Shown here piece after piece: positions 26,302-36,865 of a DNA stretch of 64,000 nt; within the stretch, counting starts at the first letter, position 1, and every line of letters begins with the position of its first letter. The notes beneath the pieces are model-generated. The model was not told the DNA's origin, did no database searches, and was given only the letters and a program-made list of their open reading frames with translations. A program made the translations under genes and the position numbers. Origin of the DNA: a virus (lineage: Duplodnaviria > Heunggongvirae > Uroviricota > Caudoviricetes); the IMG/VR virus record IMGVR_UViG_3300028805_000044; one strand, given 5' to 3'.

Positions 26302-26620
26302 AATTGTTTTAACCAGTTAGCTAATTGTTTATGATCTTCTGCACATCCTCTATTTGGACACCTTTGGTATACCTCTTCACAATGTTTAATAGCTTCATCT
26401 AAAGTCATATCAATACTTTGAATGTTCTGTTAGGGCACCTCTTTTATAGGGATTCCAATTCTTTCCAAAGTAGTACTCATGCCATCTTTTAGCTCTTTCA
26501 TATTCAGCGTCTGTCATAATGATAAATTTTTAAGTTAGTATATGTCTTATCTATACGAAAAAAGGCATACCTCCTCTATTTAAAGAAGAAGTATGCCTGA
26601 TTGTCGCATTTAAGCCGGCT

Positions 26621-27049
26621 TCAACAAATTTCTAGTGCAATTACTGACCTTATTGTATTTAAGTCAAAATGATAAAGTGGTATCTCGTATTTTTCACAAG
26701 TTAATCTTACATTATCCCATCTATAGAAAGCAGGATTACAGAACACTATAATCTTTTTAGATTGAGCATATAATCCAAGCTCTAAAAGAGAAATAGGTGA
26801 CTTAGAATTATCAAGCAAACACATAATAATAAGGTCTGCCATATCTAAGTGCTGTTGTTCCCATTTAATTTGGTATTCTATCTCTTCCGGAGTTGGATTC
26901 TGCATCCATTCTATTCTGCGTGGGTTAAAAAAGGTTATATTTAAATCTTGGCAATTTTCTATAAGTTCTTCTTGCCAGTTAGAACTATCTCCATTATCAA
27001 TAGTTCCAGCTAAGAAGACAGTTTTATTTCTTGGATAAATTACATTCAT
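26621..27049 (-). CDS. Nucleoside 2-deoxyribosyltransferase-like protein
   Basis: VFLAGTID, FFNPRR, QI.WE and SPISLLELGL motifs. Confidence 0.75.
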   Translation of the reverse strand: MNVIYPRNKTVFLAGTIDNGDSSNWQEELIENCQDLNITFFNPRRIEWMQNPTPEEIEYQIKWEQQHLDMADLIIMCLLDNSKSPISLLELGLYAQSKKIIVFCNPAFYRWDNVRLTCEKYEIPLYHFDLNTIRSVIALEIC

Positions 27050-27240
27050 ACTTTAGTATATATTCCACAATGACAGGTTGTGCCTGTAGGTGATTCCCTA
27101 AATTCTTTACATATACATATATGATCTTCATCATTTATAAATGAGCAAGGACAATATCTTTTTCCATACTTTTCTTTCTTTTTAGATAATCCTTGTTGTA
27201 TAAGTTCCCAGAGTTCCTTGTCATTAGTTTTCCTTATCAT
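27046..27240 (-). CDS. Ferredoxin-thioredoxin reductase catalytic-subunit-like protein
   Basis: YG..YCPC...C.C.EF.......CHCG.Y. Confidence 0.65.
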   Translation of the reverse strand: MIRKTNDKELWELIQQGLSKKKEKYGKRYCPCSFINDEDHICICKEFRESPTGTTCHCGIYTKV

Positions 27241-27408
27241 ATCTTACTGATATTTCATTAAGTTTGTCTTGCCAATCTAAGCATTCTTGTGAATCTAACA
27301 TATCATATTCTTGGACTAGTCTAAATATTGCTTCAGCTTCATCAATATGAGCTTTAAATAATTGCTTCCATAATTCATTATACATAATCATTCTTATTTA
27401 AAGGTTTG

Positions 27409-27497
27409 TTAGGGTGGTAGGAATCGAACCCACTCCGTCGCCCTCAGAAGGCAATCTAGATTTAGAGTCTAGCCGTGCAACCATACACCACACCCCA
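27409..27497 (-). tRNA. Amber suppressor tRNA, anticodon CUA, Gln-type acceptor, long variable arm
   Basis: Acceptor TGGGGTG/CACCCTA, anticodon arm CTAGA-CTCTAAA-TCTAG, T arm GTGGG-TTCGATT-CCTAC. Confidence 0.85.
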
Positions 27498-27768
27498 ATA
27501 AAAAGGAAAAGGAGTCCATCACCTTCCTTTTCCATAACTTCAAACGTGAAGTTTATAAAAGATGTACATCTTAATAAATTTTCGGACTTAGGATTTGATT
27601 TTCATTCCAATTAGAAGTATATGTTATTCCAACTGGATATTCTGCGATACACTCAAGTATAGCAAATAAATCATCAAGATTCATATCAGGAAATCTTTGA
27701 TGCAAGTTTTGTAGAGTTACTTTAGTATCTATCATAAAAACTAAATTTTTATCTGGCTTCGCCAAGTA

Positions 27769-28113
27769 TCATAAGTATTTCTCTCTTATAGCCTCAATTT
27801 TACTTTGTGCAACAAGACGTACAATACTCTTGAAGTTATTGATAATTTGAGGAGTAATAGTTTTGATTTTGGAGAGGTCTTGTCCAGTTTTCTTAGCATA
27901 CTGAGCACAGGCTTCTACAAAAATATCATCATCTAATGTTTTTAAATAGTCTTCAAAATCTTTAGAATAGTCTTGTTCTTCTATGGTTATAATAAGTTTA
28001 TTATTTTCCTAAGAAGCAGTAACTGTGTACTATCCAAAACCAAGTAAAGAAGGACTAAAGTCCTTTAGAGCTTCATTTAACTCAAATAATTCTTGTTTAG
28101 TAAGTTGTTTCAT
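27769..28113 (-). CDS. Hypothetical protein (two in-frame TAG)
   Basis: MKQLTKQELFEL... 114 aa, open only with TAG read-through. Confidence 0.55.
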
Positions 28114-28465
28114 ATTTATTGTTCTTTAGTAATGCTAATATAATACCCCTCCCTCTATATAAAAAGAAATTAACTTATATTAATATATAAATATAATAAT
28201 TAAAAAATAATATTAATTTTTATAAAAACAAGTAATTGAGTATAAATTTTTTAATGGATAGAATAGAAAATTTTGGAATTAGTATTACCGCCCCCAGGGT
28301 TTTGAAGTAAAAGTGATCATATTATTAGTTTTTGTTTTCATAGAAATTTTTCAATTATAAAAATTTTTAAGAATTATTTAAGCAGGACCTCACTACCCCC
28401 TTAGCCCCTCCACCATATTTGAGTTGCAAAACAAAACATTTATTCACTTAAAAACATCAAACATT

Positions 28466-28906
28466 ATGGAAAAAGTACAAGCATTAGCAATCGTGACCGA
28501 GGTAATGAACGAGAATTTCACAGCTGACCAGAAGGAAGCTTGGAAGCGTGACGCTCAGGGCATGCCTCTGCTGGTAAACGACACTCTGCATTTCAAGGAG
28601 ATTACAAAGGAGAATATCCACGTAGGAACCATTGGTGCTGGTGCCGCTAACGCAGGTCAAAAGTTCTTGCAGATTGAGTCTGTCGAGGGCACCATGTTGG
28701 GTATTTCTCAGATTGCTCGTAAGGGCAACGGTCTGAACCTCGAAGGCTCGACTCGTGAGGAACTCGTCGGCGACTTTGTCGCTAAGGTCAACACCTACAA
28801 CGAGGAGCATCCCGATTCTGCTGGTTTCGCTATCAAGGTCAAAGACCTCAAGACGCGTCCAGGTCAGAACGGACAGATGGTTATCCCGACCTTCGCACTC
28901 GCATAA
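28466..28906 (+). CDS. First rightward (early) gene, GC-rich, hypothetical
   Basis: ATG 28466 (MEKVQALAIV); visibly higher GC and more C-ending codons than its neighbours. Confidence 0.7.
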   Translation: MEKVQALAIVTEVMNENFTADQKEAWKRDAQGMPLLVNDTLHFKEITKENIHVGTIGAGAANAGQKFLQIESVEGTMLGISQIARKGNGLNLEGSTREELVGDFVAKVNTYNEEHPDSAGFAIKVKDLKTRPGQNGQMVIPTFALA

Positions 28907-29884
28907 TGGTGATAGGGGTAATACCCCTACACCTGCGGTGTATGTAGGGCTACACATGTCTAGGTGCTGAGGAGAAGGAGAAGTTAGAGCAACTCAGCTC
29001 TTCTTCTCCTCTTTCTTTTAAAAATGTTTGTATTCTATTTTGTTATGTGTTTGAAATCTCAGTAGTAGAAAATCCAATGGAACTGATAACCTGCAAAGCT
29101 CGATTTGATCGAGAAGATGTAGTTCAACTTCCTGTAGGTAGGGAGTTCTTATCCAAGAAAGTAGCATATAGAGGTGATTATTTCATTACCTTCTACTGGA
29201 ATGGGTATCATGATGTAGAACTAGTTAAAGCAATCAAGATAGATGATTTGAGAGATTTTATGGATGATTGAGATGCACTGTAGGGGCAAAAGAACCGGGC
29301 CAGGACCACACACACCCTTTCACAGGCATTTCAAATTTTTCATCCTTCTCGCTTTTATCGCAGTACATAGATTGTGCAATTGAGATAGTGAACAAATGAA
29401 AAAAAGACTATGTATAAGCATAGAAATTTTTGAAGAAGGAATAGTATAAGTAAAAATATAGGAGCACGGGTTTGGAACAATATGGATTGCTGGTTCAGGT
29501 CACTCTTAGAGCGGACGTAAAGTAGACATACCAAAAGGGCGACTCCTTCTAAAACCTTATGGTGTATAGGCAACCGTATTGGGGAATGGAAAGACAATGG
29601 ACCATTACACGTGTTTCTGTCAACAATAATGATGGAAATATAGAATCTTACCTTGAAGCTATTGTAGATACAGAAAGGGCAGCAAAAGAGCTGTTACAAT
29701 CTGTATTTAATGATGCTTCACGAAAATTTGAGACCAAGCATGGTGCAGTTTATTCAAATCCAGAATGGAAAGAAGAAGACAAGCTACAAGTAACTTGCAC
29801 TCTTCGTACAGGCTGTATCACTCTCTCTTACACCGAAACCTTTTCTATCGGTTGGATTTGGAAAGAAAAGACGTACAATCCTAA

Positions 29885-30217
29885 ATGGATACTGGAATGA
29901 ACGCAGAAAAACTTCTCATTCTCGCTGTTGCTGAAGATGCTCCTTCAGTGATAGCCGAGATAATGAACTCTTGGTTGGGAGAGTATATTGAAGGTTATAT
30001 GGACAAGAGTGGTGAACTCTTTAACAAATACTTTCATACTCTTCCGAGGAATGCACAGGAAAAGACAATCAATACCTGTCTCTTTGAATCTTTTGCTAAT
30101 AAGCTCGCTCGTAAGTATAATTTCCCTGAGCCTTGGAAACTAGTAGGAAAATACGAGTGTGGAAAATATAAGTGGGAATGGATAGGACAAGGAAAAAATC
30201 CATACGAATTAAGATAA
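29885..30217 (+). CDS. Small early hypothetical protein
   Basis: Track ORF in a tightly overlapping run of small + strand ORFs (29.0-31.1 kb). Confidence 0.55.
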   Translation: MDTGMNAEKLLILAVAEDAPSVIAEIMNSWLGEYIEGYMDKSGELFNKYFHTLPRNAQEKTINTCLFESFANKLARKYNFPEPWKLVGKYECGKYKWEWIGQGKNPYELR

Positions 30218-30552
30218 TGCAAATAGATTGGAATCCCGATGCTTTTGTTGTCGAAGAGTTTTACAAGTATCCTACTTGTGTGGTACATCGTATCGTTGAG
30301 TATGACGAGGGTTTTCATAAGAATGATCCAAGAAAGCAAGACGACAAGGTTAAAGAACTCTTTGATAATCTTCTTAAGTGTGTTGAACAGCAACTTGGAC
30401 AAGTACGAGATAATAAGATAGCAATGAAAGTCCTTTACAAGCCTACAAATACAACACTTTATGTAGGCTATAAGGACTGGAATTGGTGTATTGGTTTTGG
30501 ACTTAACCCTCATATGACTGGAAAGTGTATAAAATTAACAGCTCTAAGATGA
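30217..30552 (+). CDS. Small early hypothetical protein
   Basis: ATG 30217 overlaps the upstream TAA (MQIDWNPD). Confidence 0.55.
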   Translation: MQIDWNPDAFVVEEFYKYPTCVVHRIVEYDEGFHKNDPRKQDDKVKELFDNLLKCVEQQLGQVRDNKIAMKVLYKPTNTTLYVGYKDWNWCIGFGLNPHMTGKCIKLTALR

Positions 30553-31071
30553 AATGTTCAGAACTAACCCCAGAGAAAACTCCAATGAATCCAGAAGGAA
30601 GAGTTTTCAAGTTTGTCATTCGTAATGCAAAGCCTAGCTTTATTAAGTACATAAGATATGCTTGGAGATATTTCTTCTTTAAAGATCAAAAAGATTGTAA
30701 GGTTATTATCCGTAAGAGTAATGTCTTCATTTATATAGGAGCTTGGTATTGTGTCATTATGAACGATCTGAAATTTATCAGAAACTGTAAGGATTATCAG
30801 TTGGAAGCAACTAAGAATGATTTTAAATGGCTTGATTCACATGATTGAGTTTGTCCAGCAAGCACCTCAATTTGAAAGTGCACTTGAGAAAAAAGAGTAT
30901 GAGCAAATGCTGATTGATCTTCATCATTGTCCAAACAGGAAAGATTTTATTCATAGTAAAGCAGGAGTATCTAAAGTCCTTCTTTATATGAAGGTAAGAC
31001 AAGTTGGACCTGCACAAGCAATGAGAGAACTTATCACGGACGAGGCATATACCTTGTTCGTTTGTCCGTAG

Positions 31072-32130
31072 CATACGGGTATCATAAGCCAAGACGAGTG
31101 AAAGTAGAGGAACCAACCAGCCTTGAGGATAACTATGAGGTGGAGCCGCTGTAGGTCCTAATGAGCCCTTCTCATCAGGAAGATTGCTGTAAAATGTCGT
31201 TAATGTTATACTTGTGGTGGGTAGCAGACACAGCGAACTTCTTGTTGAGGTATGCAATATATAGCGCGAGTCCCGTTTGGCCGCCGACTTGAATAAAGTC
31301 TCGCCGCCTTTTCCGCGCTTCTAGGGTAGAGAAATTATACTCTGCCCTTTCAACGTTTTCTTCCGACGTCCTGTCTAGGTTAAGGTGGAGTTGTGTGTAT
31401 ACTGGTGAGACACGTGTAAAATTTTAAAGAGCGACCAAGTACCTGAGTCGTGTATTTGGCGAAGCCAAACACACTTAAACCTTCAGGGAGTACTGTAAAA
31501 TACTCTAAAATGAGATAGATGTTGGGGATTCTGAGCGCCGCCATTTTGCCGCGAGACTTAAGTGTCGGTCGCGACGTCGAGGCCTTCGCAAGTATTCCGG
31601 ACAAATACAGTACGCTGGATTGACTCTGATTACGGAGGATCCAGGGATGAGAGAAGTGCACAAGATTAGTACCAATTCTTGAGGAGTAGTAGTATGGTAC
31701 TCTCTGCTCCGGCACTTTCTCAAATCCGAAATAAGGGAATTGAAAAAATCAGTACTACTTTCAAATTCCTGGGAAGAGAGACAGTAGGTGTCTATCTTGC
31801 TTTAATGAAGACGTATTGGAGGATGTACATAAGTAACTTGTACTTAGTAAGATACTATTAGCTTCAAAGAAGAATTAGATATAAAAGGGTTCAAATCCCA
31901 CTCTTCCACAACAGTCCAAGTAACCATTTGTGCATAACGCGGACAGGCCAGTTGAATAACGGGAGCATAGACTGGCACAGGTAAATAAATTGCGGTATAA
32001 TAAAGAAACCGAGTGCCCAACTTTTCCCTTGAGAACTGTAGGAGGAGTACCAAATGTGTTACAGTTTCTCTTTCGGTCGCATTAACTAACACTGACTTAA
32101 AATCTCCTCCATTTTTAAAGATTTTCCCCA
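31072..32130 (+). ncRNA. Large (~1 kb) structured non-coding RNA candidate
   Basis: GC-richer gap with no credible ORF, many hairpins and long-range complementarities (see findings). Strand inferred from context; boundaries approximate. Confidence 0.55.
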
Positions 32131-32170
32131 AATGTCTGTTATAGACTTATTATTATTTATCAGCCTTTAA

Positions 32171-32210
32171 GAGAAAGATTGCTTGCGAAAGTAGTCTTTC
32201 TTGCTTTTTT
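32171..32210 (+). terminator. Intrinsic terminator with GCGA tetraloop
   Basis: GAGAAAGATTGCTT-GCGA-AAGTAGTCTTTCTT followed by a T tract. Confidence 0.6.
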
Positions 32211-32257
32211 CTATTTAAATAGATATATTTATAGTTGAAATTAATCAATTAAATATT

Positions 32258-33769
32258 ATGCCATTTACATAGAGAAATGATAATACAAGAGTTTAGAAAC
32301 CTCTGATAGTTCAACCTATTAAAAAGAAATTGGTTAGACGAGTAAAAAATGAAGAAGTAAAGCAAGATAATAGACCATAGATAATAAGACAACAAGCGCA
32401 GTCCAAATCAGATGCTCAATATAAATAGGACAAAATGTAGAAAGCTTAGGATTTTACTATCTAGGCTATGCTACGTCCACTTATGGTAACAGATCTATCT
32501 CATATGTTTGGAGTTATTACATCTGATAAGCCATTTATAGAGACCTTTGGTAATCCGGAAGTACAAGCTACTAATAATGATGTTTTAAACTTTATTATTG
32601 GTTCAGCGAGTCCTTGGGGTATAACTAAAGCTGGACTTATCCCACTTATGATGTTTAGAAAGGGAGCATTTAAGAAACAATTTATTGGCGCATTCAAGGC
32701 TTAGAAAGATAGAGATTTCTTAAACAAATAGATTCTGTCTAGAACAGGAAAGAAAATGTCTGTATATGATGCATATGCTGCTAATGAACTTCCAGACCAG
32801 TATCAAAGAACATTTGAAGCCCTTATAAGAAGATTTAATGGAGAACTAAAAGCACAGGATGTTAGTCAAATTGCTAAATCTGAAAGAGCTATAACTAACA
32901 ATGCTAAACTTGATGCCAATAAAGTAAAGGCAATTAGATAGACCGTTATAGACAATAAGGGAACTACTTATGAAAGTGCAGTCGCAGATAACTTCAAAAA
33001 GACAGGTATAAATTGGAGTGATTTGGATAATCAAGGAATGATGTTTGGAATGGATGATAATTTACGTTTAACAAAAGTTGGAAGTGCTAATTAGCCTTTT
33101 TTATAGAGATATTATCACAATGTTGTAACTCATATGTTGGATAATAATGGTAAAGAAGGTTTTCAAACTAAGATTCTTAAATCTGGAGATTTACGTAAGA
33201 ATACATCTACCAAACAATGGGAAGGACGATATCCAGATGGTAACTATTATCCAGTTAGACGTCCAGAGGAATATATAAAAGTTAGATGGGCAAAAGAAAA
33301 AGGAATGTAGATAGAATTACCTATACCAGATGGAACTTACCATAACTTTCCAGTTCATGGAACTATTACAAAAAATAAGGGATATTTAGTAAAGCCTAGT
33401 TCTAGCCCAGGAAAAAATGGTTACTGGACCATAAGAATGGACAGTAAAGGATAGGGTTCAGACGCTGCAGGATATTACCAGAAAAATGGATATGCAGTTC
33501 CATTCTATGAATCTCCTAATTTAGAAACTGACCCATTTAAAGCTGGAACTAGTTATAATTTAATGAAGACTTTATAGGAAAACTATTCTGGAAGGGTTAT
33601 GTAGCCTTTAAATGTTAAGGATGCTAATGCTCCAGCTTAGAGAGTGAATGAATATATATTTAGTCCAACAGCTCCAAACCCAAAATCTGCTTGGAATACT
33701 CTAGACTTTGAACCTGGACAAGGCCCATTAGCTTATAATAAAATTTAGAATAATAATAATTTAGCATGA
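32258..33769 (+). CDS. Recoded (TAG=Gln) 503 aa protein with a C-terminal ADP-ribosyltransferase-like (PolyVal-type) domain
   Basis: Single frame with no TAA/TGA, joining track ORFs 32468-32704 and 32756-32941. Motifs PVHGT, KNGYW, NEYIFSP..P.PKSAWNT.DF. ATGA overlap with the next gene. Confidence 0.6.
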
Positions 33770-34113
33770 TAAAATGTGATTATATTAGTGCTCTAATTAC
33801 TAATGCCATTTATTTATTTTGTGGTAAATTAAGTTATGAACCAGGTAACTTAGTAAATTTACTTTTCCCACGTCTTAAAGAAGATGGAGGAGAGCTAGAT
33901 AATATAGAAGAAGTTGAAGAGCTATTTAAAGAAAAGCCTGACTCTCTTCATAATATTGCAATAGCTGCTTCCAAACATAACTTTAAGAAGGAAGGAAAAC
34001 TCTCTGATGCAGATATAGAGATAATACGTAAAGCTATTCTTACCTATGTTAAAGTATCTAATGATCCAATTTATAAGGAAATAATAAAACAAAACGGATG
34101 GGACATAGAATAG
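33766..34113 (+). CDS. Hypothetical protein
   Basis: Track ORF, 115 aa. Confidence 0.5.
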   Translation: MIKCDYISALITNAIYLFCGKLSYEPGNLVNLLFPRLKEDGGELDNIEEVEELFKEKPDSLHNIAIAASKHNFKKEGKLSDADIEIIRKAILTYVKVSNDPIYKEIIKQNGWDIE

Positions 34114-34472
34114 ATCATTTTAAAAGAGCCCAAGAGCATGTAATTGAACAAGCTATCAAGGAAATCAGAAGTGGGAAGAAAATAGGTCATTGGATTTGGT
34201 ACATATTTCCACAAATGAAAGGTCTTGGTAAAAGTGGTATGTCCCAGACTTATGCTATCGAGGATAGAGAGCATGCATATATTTACATGAATAATCCAAT
34301 TTTGTGTAACAATTATATATGCTGTTGTCAAGCCATCCTTGATTCGGGTAAGTCTGCATATGAGATCTTTGGAGATGATGTAGTTAAAGTACGTTCATCT
34401 TTACTCTTAATGAATTCCGTTTGGAAGGATGATACTATTAGAAAGGTTTTAGTTGAACATCATTGGTTATAA
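34098..34472 (+). CDS. DUF1810 family protein
   Basis: A..EI.SG.K..HWIWYIFPQ..GLG.S.MS..YAI. Confidence 0.8.
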   Translation: MGHRIDHFKRAQEHVIEQAIKEIRSGKKIGHWIWYIFPQMKGLGKSGMSQTYAIEDREHAYIYMNNPILCNNYICCCQAILDSGKSAYEIFGDDVVKVRSSLLLMNSVWKDDTIRKVLVEHHWL

Positions 34473-34621
34473 TAGAGTCCGTCTAGTGCGGGCTCTTTTT
34501 GTATAGACAAGTATCATATCTTTTATATATGTTTACTGCTCCAAGAGGTATTAGCATGGAGCATGGTCAGATGCAGATGACCTTGGATACCTCAGCCTGG
34601 CTTCAACGTAAAGCTAGGCAG

Positions 34622-34740
34622 AACGGGTTAGCTCAATGGCTAGTAGGACCGACTATAGTCGGTCCTGCGAATGACAGCTGCACATCTGTAGAGCAACACT
34701 TATAAAGTGGAAGATGCTGGTTCGATTCCAGTGCCCGTTA
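34622..34740 (+). ncRNA. tRNA-like RNA with a large D-loop insertion
   Basis: Acceptor AACGGGT/GCCCGTT, GCTC/GAGC D stem around a palindromic insert, T arm GCTGG-TTCGATT-CCAGT. Confidence 0.55.
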
Positions 34741-34744
34741 CAAA

Positions 34745-34870
34745 AGGGAAATAGTTTAAGTGTTAGAACATTGATGGCCTTGAGTTGATGCCTAGCAAGC
34801 AGGATTAGCTGATCCAATCATCTCCAGGATTATACTATCAATTACGTGCAGGTACAAACTGCTTTCCCTT
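34745..34870 (+). ncRNA. tRNA-scaffold RNA with the anticodon loop replaced by an insert
   Basis: AGGGAAA/TTTCCCT acceptor, D arm, and TTGAT/ATCAA stem enclosing ~60 nt. Confidence 0.45.
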
Positions 34871-34875
34871 TAAAT

Positions 34876-34994
34876 GGATAAGTTTAGTTGTGTTGGTAAC
34901 GACTTAGATTAATTTCTTTTAGAGATTAGGGATAATTCGTAGGAAGACGTCTTAGTACGGGTTATTCATTAGGGTTCGAATCCCTACTTATCCA
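34876..34994 (+). ncRNA. tRNA-like RNA with a very long variable arm (possible TTT loop)
   Basis: GGATAAG/CTTATCC-A acceptor; T arm TAGGG-TTCGAAT-CCCTA. Confidence 0.5.
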
Positions 34995-35383
34995 CTCAAT
35001 CATTGGACCGGTATGTCCGGATAGCGCGTTGCTCATTTTAGCGCAGATTCTCTTACAATATCCATAAGCTTGCATGTGGTAGTATGTAGAAATAGAAGAT
35101 CTCTTCACTGAGTAGCTCCAATAAACTTTTTATTAACTTAAAACCTCACAACGTATAGGTAAGTTGTATTTTATTATGTGTTGGACAGCTTATGGGATTC
35201 CTTCAGAATTAACTGCTGAAGTAGATATTCCTATTTTAAAAGTAGGCCTACTTCTCCAGGAAGCATGCCCCATTGGAATATTACTGTAGAAGAAAATGGT
35301 AATGGTTATTGGGCTAATGAACTTGCTGGAATCTTTGTTCGCGTTATTCCATCGTATGAACTTGAAGCATTTATAAAAGGATT

Positions 35384-35719
35384 ATGAAAACCAGTATTGA
35401 AGAACAGTTAGACCTTTTGAATCAAGGAATTGCAAATATTCCGGAATTAAAAAAGGTTCTATTAATTTGTCTACAACGTATTGGTTCTGCCATGCTTATG
35501 AAAGATCTATTCCCACCGGAAAAAATAGGGACGGATAATACAATAACCAGACTAGCAAATTATTTTAGTTATAAAGGTTATTTGTCCATATCTATCTGGG
35601 AATTCACTCAAAAGATTAGCATAGAAGAACTTAAGAATGATCCTCGTAATAATATAGGACCTAAATGTATTAAGAAATTGCAAGAACTCTTAAAAGAAAA
35701 AGGTTATGAATGGAAATAA
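35384..35719 (+). CDS. Hypothetical protein with an RNAP alpha-CTD/HhH-like C-terminus
   Basis: EELK....NIGPKCIKKLQELLKEKG. Confidence 0.45.
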   Translation: MKTSIEEQLDLLNQGIANIPELKKVLLICLQRIGSAMLMKDLFPPEKIGTDNTITRLANYFSYKGYLSISIWEFTQKISIEELKNDPRNNIGPKCIKKLQELLKEKGYEWK

Positions 35720-36865
35720 AGAATATTTTGTTCCAGTTCCGGACAATAATGAAGCCTTCTATGCATTTGTAAATCTTGTCATTAATAACAAGAATAATGC
35801 AAGACGTCCTAACTATTCTACAGAACGTCCAAATAAAATTGGACCAGTAAAAGTAGAATATGTAAAAAATGAGGTAAACGAATCCTTAATAAGGGTGGAG
35901 AACAATAAAGAAAAGGTCTTTGTCCAAATGATTATAGACCAATTCTGTCTTCTACATACATATTGGAGTGAAATAGAAAACTTTATAAAGTATAGTTCAA
36001 GCGATAAGTTTTTGTAATTCATGACTTCTCACAACGTGAGGACTTTTACGGTTTTCAGTCTTCCGTAAAGACTGTGTTGTAAAGAAAGTTTGTTTGGGAA
36101 GTAAGAGGTGAACAATAGTATCCTCTTCTTCCTTTTTAAACAATCTTACATTTAGCCTATGAAACTTTACACAACAATAAATTCAAACAAACCTTTACTA
36201 CAAACAGATGCCGGATTAATAAATCTAAATTCTTTACAGATTGAATTTGAAACCAATATTGTCCCAGTAAAAGCTGGGGAGGATCCAAAGATTTCGCATC
36301 ACAAGAATAAAGACTTTCTAAGTAAGGCTGCGAAGTTCTTTAAAATCTCTAAAGTCTCCAAGTTTTATGGTAATGGATGGTACAAGTTAGAAAATGACAT
36401 TGTATTATTCTGCATTATAAAAGGAGATCATGTACAGCTTGTAGGACATTATCCATTGTTCTATTTAAAGCTTATATACAGATACATTATTAATTTTTAA
36501 ATCTACTTTGGCTGGCCTGGTAGTGTAGGTTAACTACCTTTTAAAAATAACTATTTTAAACAGTGTTATGTACAGATGAGTATGAACATTAAGAAGCTTA
36601 TTGGCGTAAATGCTTTCGAAACTGCTGAAAATGTATATACAGTAGTGGAATTACGCGAAAGCACCAAAGTGGACATTGACATTCTTGTGGCTTGTAATAA
36701 TAGCATCTTAGGAATTGCAGATGTTCCTTTTGCCCAGACTTTGTTTCAATACCTGACTAATCATCAGGATAAGCAAGAAAGTTTGGTGGATCTTTTCTTT
36801 AAGAACTACTTGACAGGTATGTCACCTATGCGTTCTCTTTCAGAATCAGTAAAAGCACTAAACAT

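Noticed and set aside
31072-32130. RNase P RNA or rRNA fragment
   Set aside because: I could not find the GAGGAAAGUCC-type P4 signature or rRNA conserved blocks.
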